From Octopus vulgaris (Eukaryota), in the NCBI GenBank assembly GCA_951406725.2, contig OX597816.1:77500001-77564000 (forward strand): a DNA stretch of 64,000 nucleotides. Reading direction: 5' to 3'. Each line of letters opens with the position of its first letter. The stretch's first letter is position 1. Position numbers and translations under genes: made by a program. Below, in pieces: positions 1-10,974 of this stretch. Below the pieces are notes generated by a model that made no database searches, was not told the DNA's origin, and was given only the letters and a program-made list of their open reading frames with translations.

Positions 1-107
1 TCCAGCCATTAAAACCATGCCAAAACAGACACTGTAGCTTGGCCAACTCCTATCAAACTGTCCAACCTATGCCAGCATGGAAGGTAGGTGTTAAACAATG
101 ATGATGA
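1..107 (+). mobile_element. RTE-LINE 3' tail fragment
   Basis: TCCAACCTATGCCAGCATGGAA...GTTAAACAATGATGATGA matches the tail that ends the ORF2-bearing RTE copy at 4500-5543. Confidence 0.75.
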
Positions 108-108
108 G

Positions 109-111
<3 letters not shown>

Positions 112-165
<54 letters not shown>
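112..165. repeat. (TA)n microsatellite
   Basis: Direct inspection; it produces the YIYI run in ORF 88..354. Confidence 0.95.
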
Positions 166-167
<2 letters not shown>

Positions 168-265
168 TCATCGTTTAACGTCCGTTTTCCGCGCTAGCAC
201 GGGTTGGACATATATACCTATACATATATACACATACATACATACATACATACATCTGTATATAT

Positions 266-626
266 TCTTTTACTTGTTTCAGTCATTTGACTGTGGCCAT
301 GCTGGAGTACCCCCTTTAGTTGAACAAACTGACTCCAGGACTTGTTCTCTGTAAGCCTAGTACTTATTCTATTGGTTTCTTTTGCTGAACCACTAAGTTA
401 CAGGGAAGTAAACACACCATTGGCTGTCAAGCGATGGTGGGGGTACAAACACAGACACACAAATATATATATATGATGGGCTTCTTTGTTTCCGTCTACC
501 AAATCCACTCACAAGGCTTTGGTTGGCCTGAGGCTATAGAAGGCACTTGCTCAAGTTACCATGCAGTAGGACTAGATCTGGAACCATGTGGTTGGGAAGC
601 AAGCTTTTTACCACACAGCCATGCCT
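266..626 (-). mobile_element. tRNA-derived SINE, family A (near full length)
   Basis: Minus strand starts GGCATGGCTGTGTGGTAA (A-box-like), has a central (TA/TG) tract and ends CAGCATGGCCACAGTCAAATGACTGAAACAAGTAAAAG; colinear with the copy at 30168-30537. Confidence 0.85.
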
Positions 627-634
627 ATCATTAT

Positions 635-990
635 CATCGCCATCATTTAACATCTTATTTTCCATGCTGGCATGAGTTTGACAGGAGCTGGCCAGCTGAG
701 GAGTTGCCCAAGTTCCATGTCTGTTTTGGCATGGTTTTTATGGCTGGATGTCCTTCCTAATGCCAACCACTTTACGGAGTATACTGGGTGCTTTTACTCA
801 GTACCAGTACAGGTGCATTTACGTGGCACCAGCACCCACTAGCCCACAAGATTATGAAGGCTCAGCTGGAGAGGGATGCTAGGGATATGCCTGTATGCAA
901 GGGCAACCTTGATTTTACTTAACTTGATGTGTCTTCTCAAGTACAGCAAACCGCTAGGAGTCTTGGTCTCTTGAGATCCAACTTCTAAAG
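635..990 (-). mobile_element. RTE 3' UTR/tail fragment
   Basis: CATCATTTAACATC...TTTCCATGCTGGCATG...GGCTGGATGTCCTTCCTAATGCCAACCAC is the reverse complement of the RTE tail. Confidence 0.7.
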
Positions 991-1129
991 ATCCTGTAGA
1001 TATATATTGATTTGTGTGGGCATATATATCATTAGTTTCCTGTGAATGGCAGTTTACAATTACCACTGGTCTGTTCTCTATCACTCAGAAGGGCCTCACT
1101 GTTGAAACCTGTTCTGTCCTTGATTTTGA

Positions 1130-2400
1130 CAGGCCAAGATTTTCTCTGCCTCTCCTACAGTTGAGCTTGAGCACTTGGAATCTATGTTTTATGTCAGCTG
1201 TGTGTGTCTGGCTTTCATACCCATACAAAAAAGATTCAAAACCACCAGTCTTGTATAATTGGAGCTTTGTTGGAAACCTGATGGAATTGCTTTTCCATAT
1301 GATGTTCAACTTTGTCATAGCAGATGAAGCCAGGGCAAATCTTTTGTTTCTTCCATTGAGCTACTGTCTTTACACAAAGTGCTTACATGGTATATATATT
1401 TGTTCACTTCTTTTTTACTATCCAGCATGATATTGATTGCTGCATTGTGGTCGTGGCTTTTGGTTAGAAGGTCTTACTCTTTTCCAAACGGTTTTCTTTC
1501 CCATACACTCTTGAGGATCTGTTCAAACTTAGTGAGTTCATGGAGTACTGCTTTGTTGCTTCTCTTTAAGCTGATATTGTCTGCAAGATACAGGTTGCAA
1601 GGGGGTCATCTTCTGATGGAAATGCAAGTGAAGTCACATAGTGTCCTCTGCTTGATGTTTTTCAGGAAGATGTTGAAAAGAACTGGGGAGAAGAGACAGC
1701 CTTGGTAAAACTTTAATTGTTGTCCCAAAGTCAAGATAGCTGAATTTTTTAGATTTTTGTACAGTGCTTGAATCACTTCAATGTGGTTGCTGTCAAAGTA
1801 GTAGTTGCGCATCACTTTCTGCTAAACCATCATGTCAGTTATGGTCTGAGGCTTTTTGGGAGTCAATGAAGTTGTAATAGAGGTATGTTGTTGTTGGAAA
1901 AGTGTCTTGATCAGCAGTTTGTTAAAAATCTGTTGTGATGTGCTCCTTTTTTTTTATCCAAATCCTAACTGTTCAGTTAGGTTTTCTTTTGCCTTCCATT
2001 TAAGTCTCTGGTAGAGTTGTATTTCTTGAGAGGGTGTCACCAAGGATTTTGGTATTTGTGGTATATGTGTGGATGTATGTGTGTATATGAACACACACAC
2101 ACACATGGAGCTGAGGAACTGAAGAAGGCGTACAGTTGCTTAATGTGAATGGAATGCTCTTTTCATTTCTTGTCTGGGGTGATGTTTTCTGACCTGGACA
2201 CTCACCAAGTAAGAAGGCACTTCAAGGTAAAGGTCTGGTGATCTCTTTAACCATTTTGGCAATCTCCTTCATTGTGAAACAAACTCAGTTGTGTTGACTT
2301 CATCTTCTTGCTGGGCATGCTGTGTTAGTACAAGGAAGTGAGTTTAGTGTGCAAGCAGTTATTTCTCACTAGTGTAGAAGAAAACCTTGCAGTAGTCTAG
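1130..2400 (-). mobile_element. Degraded RTE/BovB-like LINE ORF2 (reverse transcriptase) remnant
   Basis: Minus-strand fragments QGCLFSPVLFNIFL (RT motif) and KLNIIWKSNSIRFPTKLQLYK...FLYGYES (RTE C-terminal region); many stops and frameshifts. Confidence 0.75.
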
Positions 2401-2425
2401 CTAAAGTTCAATGGGCAAACTATCA

Positions 2426-2468
<43 letters not shown>

Positions 2469-2686
2469 GCTAGCATGGAAAACGGACGCTAAACGACGAT
2501 GATGATGATGATGATGATAAAATAAAATGGGACAAGAACGCAAAACATCCGGACAACAAAACATCCAGATAGACGATACAAAAAAACAAGGACGGGTCAT
2601 TTGAAGCTTTCTATCTTCAGTCAAGAACCAGATCATCCTTACAATTTCGGCTGATTAATCTCTCTCTCTCTCTATATATATATATT

Positions 2687-3020
2687 ATTCTTTTCTTTTG
2701 TTGACTCATTGGTCTGTGGCTATGCTGGGGTACCATATTACCTATTTTATTGGTCTGATTTAGCTGAATTGCTAAGTTACAGTACATACGCCCACAATGG
2801 TAAGAGACCTGTCCCCCACCATACATTAAATCTAAATCTATATGCGCACACACACATATATCCACTCACACAAACATACAACTTCTGCACTATTTCCAAC
2901 TACCATATTCACTCAAAGCATTGGTTGTTCCTTAGGCTACAGTAGAAGAATCCAGTGTGTTATGCTGTGTGATTGAACTTGAAGTTACATGGTTGTAAAT
3001 CAAACATTTTAACCATGCAA
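2687..3020 (-). mobile_element. SINE family A, degraded
   Basis: Diverged but colinear with 266-626 (GTGGCTATGCTGGGGTAC...GCTAAGTTACAG...ACATGGTTG). Confidence 0.6.
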
Positions 3021-3034
3021 TTTTTTTCACACTT

Positions 3035-4330
3035 ATCTTTTTACATCCATTTTCTATGCTGGTATAGGTAGAGCAGTTTGAAAGGATCCAGCAAGTCCAA
3101 GGACTGCATTTTGCTCTAGTATCTGCTTTGGAATGGTCTCTATAGCTGGAAACCAACCATTTAAACAGAGGATGCAAGGTGTGTTTTTCATAGAACCATG
3201 CTGCTTGGAAGATTAAGACCATTTCCAACTAAGTTTGGTTACAGTTGAGAGGAAAATGGTTTATGCTTGGAGAGGAAAGGCTAAAGTATGAAAGAGAGAG
3301 CCATAACAGGTTTCTTGTAGAAGAGTGGGTGAGTGTAACCAGAGTGGAGTTGGAAAGAGAAATATGATAGTGGTGATGAGATGTGAGGGTGGTGTCCCAA
3401 GCAAGGTACAAGTGGACAGAAGTGAGTGGGGACAAGAACTGAGAGTGCTTGTAGATAGAAGTTCCAAGAGGGTGAGAAGAGAGTGTAGAATGGTTAGAGG
3501 TGAGGAATGGATGAAGGGATCAAATATAATGAATGAAGAACAAGGGCTGAGGAGTGGTCAATGATGAATGTGTTGGAGGGAAGTTAGGAATAGGTGATGA
3601 CTGGAGCTTGGGTAGAGTTGAAGGGCTGAAGTAGTGAATGGTGGACAAGGTTGATGAGGTAATTGATGAATACATATGAATTGGAAGAGAAGGTAGGGGA
3701 GTGTAGTTGATGAATGACATCACACAAAGTGTTGAAGAGCTGTAGAATAGTAAGAATAACACAGTCAATAGGGGAAGAATGAGAGAAAGGGTAATGAACT
3801 GTGAATGGATTGGTTGCAAGAGTATGAGGGGAGAGACAAGTAGTGCATGGGGTGAGTAAGAGCTGTATGATAGTGGAGAAAGAGAGATAATCGGAGAATA
3901 TAGAATGGTGATCAATATAAAATGTGGGTGGAGAGTGACAAAATTAACAATGATGGATGAAGTTCAAGTGAAGCAATTCCGTTAAAAAGATGATGAACTG
4001 CGCAGTTTTGTACTCATTTAATTACAGCAGTATAATATTGGGGTTTGGTTAGTGATGGAGTGGGTCACTAATAGAGAGACGATGAGTAATGGGGAAGGCT
4101 TAAAGGGGAAATTGAGTGAGGGTGCTGTGCTTCCAGAATCTCAGTTTTGGCTAAACGAGCAGGTCTTCTGATGTACTACTTATCTCCAGTCATGTTTGTC
4201 TGTTTTTGTCTCCTCCAATGAGTTTAAAATCCTGAGATCAGATTTCACAACTTTATCCCATGTCTTCCTGGATCTTCCTCTTCCATAAGCTCCATTCAAA
4301 TTGTTATCAGCACATCTTTATACAGTTCAT
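3035..4330 (-). mobile_element. Older RTE LINE 3' portion with ~0.9-kb polypyrimidine 3' UTR
   Basis: Minus strand 4330-4145 translates as GRGRSRKTWDKVVKSDL...DWR (RTE ORF2 C-terminus), followed by a C/T-rich tract (G/A-rich on +, 3240-4120) and a degenerate RTE tail near 3035. Confidence 0.65.
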
Positions 4331-4499
4331 ATATGCATCCCACCTCTTATGTACAATTTTTCTATGTATATTTATGTACATGGATATTTAAACATCCACA
4401 TACATAATATGTGTGTGTGTGTGTGCTATATCTATAGCAGTCATGGCCCATGTTTCACTGCCATGTAGCATGGCTGTTCGTACACGTGTTGTATAGGTA

Positions 4500-5543
4500 G
4501 AATGTACGACACGTGTACGAACAGCCATACTACATGGCAGTAAAACATGGGCTGTGACTGCTGAGGACATGCGTGAGCTCACAAGGAATGAAGCCAGCAT
4601 GCTCCAATGGATGTGTAATGTCAGTGTGCATACTCGACAGAGTGTTAGTGCCTTGAGAGAAAGGTTAGACCTAAGAAGCATCAGATGTGGTGTGCAAGAG
4701 AGATGACTGCGCTGAAATGGTCATGTGGCAAGAATGGATGTGGATAGCTGTGTGAAAAAGTGCCACACCCTAGCAGTTGAGGGAACCTGTGGAAGAGGTA
4801 GACCCAGGAAGACTTGGGATGAGGTGGTGAAGCATGACCATCAAACATTGGGCCTCCCCGAGGCAATGACTAGTGACCGGGACCTCTGGAAATATGCTGT
4901 GCTTGAGAAGACTTGGCAAACGCAAGTGAGACCATAACCTTGTGGCCTATGCCAGGGGTATAACCAGTCCACTTATGCGTGCCTTCCCTTTATTGGACAT
5001 TAAACTCTGCTTGTGAAGATCAGTTGAGGCAAGTGAAAAGTCAACATCAAACTCGATTGTGAAGACCTGTTGAGGTAAATGAAATTGAAATCAAACTCGT
5101 TGACTGGCATCCGTTGCTAGTGGAGCTCTAAGAGTACCATACAAATGAGATCGTTGCCAGAGCAACAAGCAGGCCTCCGTGCCGATGGCACGTTAAAAAC
5201 ACCATTCGAGCGTGATCGTTACCTGCATCACCTTACTAGCACTTGTGCTGGTGGCACGTGCAAAAAACATTTGAGCGAGGTCGTTGCCAGTGCTGCTGGA
5301 CTGGCTCCTGTGCAGGTGGCACATAAAAAGCGTCATTTGAGCGTGGCCGTTGCCAGTACCACCTAACTGGCCCTTGCACCGGTGGCATGTAAAAGCACCC
5401 ACTACACTCTCGGAGTGGTTGGTGTTAGGAAGGGCATCCAGCTGTAGAAACTGCCAGATCAGATTGGAGTCTGGTTCGCCAGACCTCAGTCAAATCATCC
5501 AACCTTGCTAGCATGGAAAGCGGACGTTAAATGATGATGATGA
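4500..5543 (+). mobile_element. 5'-truncated RTE LINE (ORF2 C-terminus, 3' UTR minisatellite, (GAT)n tail)
   Basis: VRTAxLHGSxTWAVTAEDMR; VEGTCGRGRPRKTWDEVV; ~60-bp tandem units at 5100-5400; ends GCATGGAAAGCGGACGTTAAATGATGATGATG. Confidence 0.9.
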
Positions 5544-6384
5544 CACATACATATATATGGTGCCATGTAAAAAGTACTGGTGATGGAGCCATGTAAAAAG
5601 CACTAGTGATGGTGCCACATAAAAAGTACCCAGTGCACTCTGTAAAAGCGGTTGGCATTAGGAGAGGCATTTAGCCCTAGAAATCATACCAGAACAGACA
5701 GTGGAGCTTGGTGTGCCACCCCCCAACCTTACTAGCTCCTGTCAGACCATCCAATTTATGTTAAATGATTATGATAACACGCACACACACATGTATTTAT
5801 GTGTATATATGTGTGTGCATGTGCATATATATCCCTCCTACTTCATGCATTATGCTTGCCTCTTTCCCCTTCTCTGGGCCCTATAGACTACTCATCTAGG
5901 TCATATCTCACTCTTGTCCACTCACCTGTGACTACCATTTTTGATACTCCTACTGCTTGCCCTGCAACCCACCCACTTTTACTCAGCTGGTGCCTTATGG
6001 AATCACTTGGGCACCTCATCACCATTATCTGGCTCTCACAGCTCCTGGTCATTTTCTCTTTTCCCCCTTTCTCCACTATATGTGAGTGGCCATACAGATC
6101 TTTCTACTGGATCCTTCCCTTGGAATCTGTTTGTCTCATAGTATGAAGTTGACCCTACTTCCTCCCCCAGGCTTGCAGTCCTGTAAACTGCATGGCGATC
6201 TCAATAGTGCAGCTGGCATGGAAAAAGCATCCTGTCCACGCTGTAACATCATTGGTGTTAGGAAGGATATCCAGCTGTAAAAACTATGCCAAAGCAAACA
6301 ATGGAGCTTGATGCAGTTCTTAGACACATTGGATCCTGTCAAACCATCTAACCCATGCCAGTATGGAACATGGTCATGGATCTG

Positions 6385-6516
6385 TCGTAAGGAATTTGCT
6401 TCCTAACCACATGGTTCTGGGTTCAGTCCCACTGCATGGCGCCTTGGGCAAGTGTTTTCTGCTATAACCTTGGGAGTGGATTTGGTAGACAGAAATTGAG
6501 AGAAGCTTATCATATG

Positions 6517-6576
<60 letters not shown>

Positions 6577-6785
6577 TGTGTGTGTGTGTGTGTCTTTATG
6601 TTTGTCCCATACCACTGCTTGTTGGTTTGTTTATGTTCCTGTAACATAACAGTTCTGCAAAATAAAACCCATAAAATAAGTACCAGGCTTAAAAAGAAAA
6701 GAAGTACTAGGGTTGATTTGTTCGACTAAAACCTTCAATGTGGTGCCCCAGCATGGCCACAATCTAATGACTGAAACAAATATAT
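6385..6785 (+). mobile_element. SINE family A
   Basis: CCTAACCACATGGTTCTGGGTTCAGTCCC (B-box-like), CTTGGGCAAGTG core, central microsatellite, tail GTGCCCCAGCATGGCCAC...GACTGAAAC. Confidence 0.8.
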
Positions 6786-7199
6786 GAGAAAATATGAGAA
6801 ACACACAGAATACATTATAGCAGCAGAATTAAAACCTTGATGCATCAGTAATATGATATTTGAACTGGCTGACAAGAAAGTGTTAACTATGCAAATTAAT
6901 CTATCCAAAGTACTCTAGTCACTAATGCCAGTGGGTTTATAAGCAGTGTGTTTGTGTTTGTGGATTGTTAATGAGGGTGCACAGCTGCTGACTAGACTCC
7001 AAGCTGAGTTGAAATCTTCAGTATATACAGCTGTTCCTTCTTTTTCTGAATGCAATTGTGAATATGGATGTAAGCATTATGAATGTTTACATCCATCATA
7101 ACAAACAATGTTGACTAAAAGTGTTCTGTAGTACTTTATAGCAATTATGTAATTAATTATATGCATCATCTATAGGGCTGTCTATACCTGGATATATAC

Positions 7200-7533
7200 A
7201 TATATATAATTTAGAGAGAAAGATACCAAAACCGGGTATCTTATAGTCGTGATTCATATTGAGCCCTTCTGGGTATTAGCGCGCGTCTACGATGAGTCTA
7301 CGATTTAAAAAAAAATTTACCATCAATTTTTCCCATTTTTAATGCATTTTTGGCATATATAAGGGAAGTAACTCTCTAAAAATTTATTATTAAATCTCAG
7401 AATGTAAAAAGCTACAGGAACCCCCCCCTTTGTGGTTAGCCATATTGAGATGGCTATTATACTTTACATCTCTAAAAATGCTTATATAGTTATTTCCCTT
7501 ACAAACCCGAGCAACGCTGGGTGATACTGCTAG
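7200..7533 (+). mobile_element. Non-autonomous Helitron (3' end clear, 5' end approximate)
   Basis: Subterminal hairpin CCCGAGCAACGCTGGG followed by CTAG|T at 7530-7534, the canonical Helitron 3' terminus. Confidence 0.7.
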
Positions 7534-7785
7534 TAGTAAATAAATAGTAAATAGTCTTTTTACTACTATTTACTATTTATTGTACTTTATTGATTTTTAT
7601 AATAAGGTTTTTTTTTATAGTATATGTTTTCTATATGGTGTAAATAACATCTTTCTTTATTGAATTGTTTAATAGAGGTTTTTCTCTAAATAATATATAT
7701 ATATTATATATTGTGAAATTTGATTTAAAATTGTTAAATTGAATTTTTCCCTGTAAGTTTTGGAATTATATTCCCTAATATTATT

Positions 7786-8243
7786 GAGTGAGAAAGCAGT
7801 GCATGCCATCAAAGTGACACTGGGGTAAAATATACGAAGCCCAGTATACCCATCATGACTACCCGTCTGATAAGGGTACACCAGGCACATGCATCACAAC
7901 CATACGTGCAGGACATGGTGATCTCATATCAAGATAAACAGCGCACGACCTTGCAGGTGGGGCCCAGTTAGAATTTTCTGCTGGTCGAGTAGCCCATCCC
8001 ACTCAAAAGGTCCCTGAATAAGGATTATTTAAGGATGTTGAACGAACCACCCATGTTTCCAAAGGTGAATTATCCAAACCCCAAAGAATTCCTCTCAACA
8101 CATGGCTATGATGCACTCCCACTACTTCTCATGATCAGAGCTGCACATATCGTCAGCCACTAAGGGACATGGTTAACTGGTTAAGGTCAAACAACTGACA
8201 AGCAAATCTGTGGTATTGAGCAGAATATTTGCTGTAGCCCATC

Positions 8244-8248
<5 letters not shown>
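7786..8248 (-). mobile_element. (AAT)n-associated non-coding retroposon, 5'-truncated copy
   Basis: Highly similar to 53700-54256 but lacks ~90 nt at the inferred 5' end; flanked by ATT repeats on both sides. Confidence 0.75.
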
Positions 8249-8277
<29 letters not shown>

Positions 8278-8297
8278 ATATATATATATATATATAT

Positions 8298-8550
8298 TAC
8301 GGAGATGTACTCGCATAGCAAGTAATTTGATCTGAGATCGTGTGCTGAAACGAAAACAATTGCAGCGTGGATTTGTCAAAATATTTTCGTTGCTAAAATC
8401 CGCGACCTGTTCACTGACAAAAATGTCAGTGAACAGGTCGCGGATTTTAGCGACGAAAATATTTTGACAATTAAACTTAAATGTTGAAGTGAATCGAACG
8501 GCTTTTGTGTGTTTCTTAAATGGCTTATAAACACCTTCCCTGCTGCAATT

Positions 8551-8554
<4 letters not shown>
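8298..8554. mobile_element. Foldback Penelope-like terminal-repeat fragment inside a (TA)n tract
   Basis: Inverted arms AAACAATTGCAGC...GCTGCAATTGTTT plus a central 47-bp palindrome carrying hammerhead-like motifs. The Penelope assignment is inferred from the known association of minimal hammerheads with Penelope-like elements. Confidence 0.5.
8424..8469 (+). ncRNA. Candidate minimal type I hammerhead ribozyme (G3-C8 variant)
   Basis: Stem I TGTCA/TGACA; core GTGAACA; extra G; stem II GTCGC/GCGAC; GAAA; palindromic stem III AATATT; a mirror copy lies on the minus strand at 8374-8419. Confidence 0.5.
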
Positions 8555-8602
<48 letters not shown>

Positions 8603-8635
8603 AAAGCATGACCCAAAATCTATGTAAATAGTATA

Positions 8636-8677
<42 letters not shown>

Positions 8678-9289
8678 TTCTATACTATTTACATAGATTT
8701 TGGGTCATGCTTTTATTATACTTGAACAGGCATATTTATAAGGTATGCTATGTATCTTAAAACAGTCTTTCAGTTTCTGTTTATGTATTATATGTATTTT
8801 AAAAGCAAGGATGCTGGACAATAAGAAAATGAGAAAAAACATAGAAAAAACACATGATGATGGTTGGTGCAAAAAATGGAGTGAGAAAAAAAGAAACAAG
8901 ATCAAGAAAATAAAATCCTCGTTCTCCTTGATTGCAGAAAGCTTATTAAATATAACTGACAGAAAATGTCAAAGTCTGCGAGACAGCAACTCAATCCAGA
9001 ATGGATGGTGCCTTCCAATTCAATAAAAGAAACCTGTCCATGTGTCTATACCTGATAAAAATTTCAGATCTGGAATTAAGCAGTGTCAGAATTGCTGGAT
9101 CCAAGAAGAATATGAGATTTTTCTGCTATGCATAAATTGCATTTCTTAGATCCATTAACATATGGCTTGGATTTCTCCACTTAATTATATGTGGTGTGGA
9201 GCTAGCCAATGTAGTTGCATTGCATTTATTGATGTGCTGGAAAAAAATAATAGGTGGTTTGCATAGCATCTCTTGAATTTGCCCTCAAA

Positions 9290-9930
9290 TAACCCAAGCT
9301 ATGGACACATAAGAGGTGCACCCGGTATAAGCTAAGGACATATAAGAGGTGCTCAGTGTAAGCTATTGACGCATAAGAGGTGCAGCAATATCAAAGAAAG
9401 GCTAACTAGGAAGATAGTTTTTGTGTGTGGCAAATGCTCAGGGGCAATAAACACTGAAATTGTGCAGAAAACTGCTTCTGTCACTTTCCAGGCTGAAAAA
9501 CTAGAAGTAGTTGAAAGCTTCTGTTACCTAGGTGACCAAGTCAGTAGCAGGGGAGGGTGCGCTGAAAGTGTACCTGCTAGAATAAGAATAGACTGGGCAA
9601 AGTTCAGAGAGCTCCTACCTCTGCTGGTGATAAAGGGCCTCTCGCTCAGAATAAAAGGTAGACTATATGATGCATGTGTGCGAACAACCATGCTACAAGG
9701 CAGTGAAACATGGGCTGTGACTGCTGAGGACATGCGTAAGCTTGCAAGGAATGAAGCTAGTATGCTCTGCTGGATGTGTAACGTCAGTGTGCATACATGA
9801 CAGTGTAAGCGCCCTTAGAGAAAAGTTGGACATAAGCATCAGATGTGGTGTGCAAGAGAAACGACTGCGCTAGTATGGTCATGTGTTGCATATGGATGAG
9901 GACAGCTGTGTGAAAATGTGTCACACCCTT
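9290..9930 (+). mobile_element. RTE LINE ORF2 fragment
   Basis: ORF 9366..9800: THKRCS..., LEVVESFCYLGD, WAKFREL, MLQGSETW; same family as 4500-5543. Confidence 0.9.
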
Positions 9931-10974
9931 TGGCTAGGAATTTCTCCAGAAATATAGTATCAGTGGTGCTTCACCCTGGCACAATCCTAAACTGCATCTC
10001 ATTTAAACTAACTATCTACCTAATTAGTTGGGCTATGACCCTCTTTGTGACTTTATCACCAGATCCTACAATTTGATATTTGTGTAATTATTTCTATCTA
10101 AGGCATCACCTTTACCTTTGTAGCAGTTGACTATGATGCTGCTACACCAGTCATTGGTATGACTCCTTCGTGTATCACCTGGTTAACTGTACAGGTGACT
10201 AGACTATAGTGTACACTAACCAGAAAATCTTATATCTATGTTCATTGCCTGTGAGGAACCTAGCAGAACTTCCTCTCTACCTTACTGAATGCAACACAAA
10301 TCTACACGTTTCTGTTCAAGCATCTCAGTAATTTCACCAGACCTACCTTTCAATGTGCCAATTCTGAGGATGTGGAAGATGTGGGCTGGCAAGACCCTGG
10401 GATGGGGACAGCAGCATTACGCATCTGAAAAGAAAACTTGCTTGTGTGTTTGGCAGACCTCGCAAACTTACAAAGAGGCTTCAGCTTGCATGCACTTCAC
10501 CATCATTATATTCACTTCATAATCACTATGTTCAATGGGAGAAAGACACTAGATAGGAATGAAGGGGAAGGGATGGGGAAGCGTTCCGTATAGGTAACTG
10601 TTAGAGGTGTTCAGGAGAAGGACATCTAGTAGAGATTATAGAAGACTTCTGGTATAATTGGGAGGGTACACCATGAACGGCAAAACACTATGACTGCCCT
10701 ATCCCCTTGCTAAAACCGATGTAGCATAGCCACAGAGAAAGCAAGCCACTAATTAATGATCAACATGGCAAAGCAAGTGGGTAACAAAACTGAGAGAGGT
10801 AGAGGGGGGAGGTAGAATGGTGAAATTTTTGAGAATTAGGGCTACAGTTGAGGAAACAATGGAACGTTTGGATAAGATAGCAGGTAATAAAACAAAACAA
10901 ATGAAGAGATGGAATTTTCGAGATTTAGAACAAGAGTAAACAGAATTGAACAATTGGATTTCTTAACTTTGCTA

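Noticed and set aside
2594-2629. Minus-strand CTGAAGA-TA-GAAAGCTTC hammerhead look-alike
   Set aside because: There is no stem II and stem I does not pair next to the core.
5100-5400. CRISPR-like repeated units
   Set aside because: The whole ~60-bp unit is repeated without unique spacers; it lies in an RTE 3' UTR in a eukaryotic context with no cas genes.
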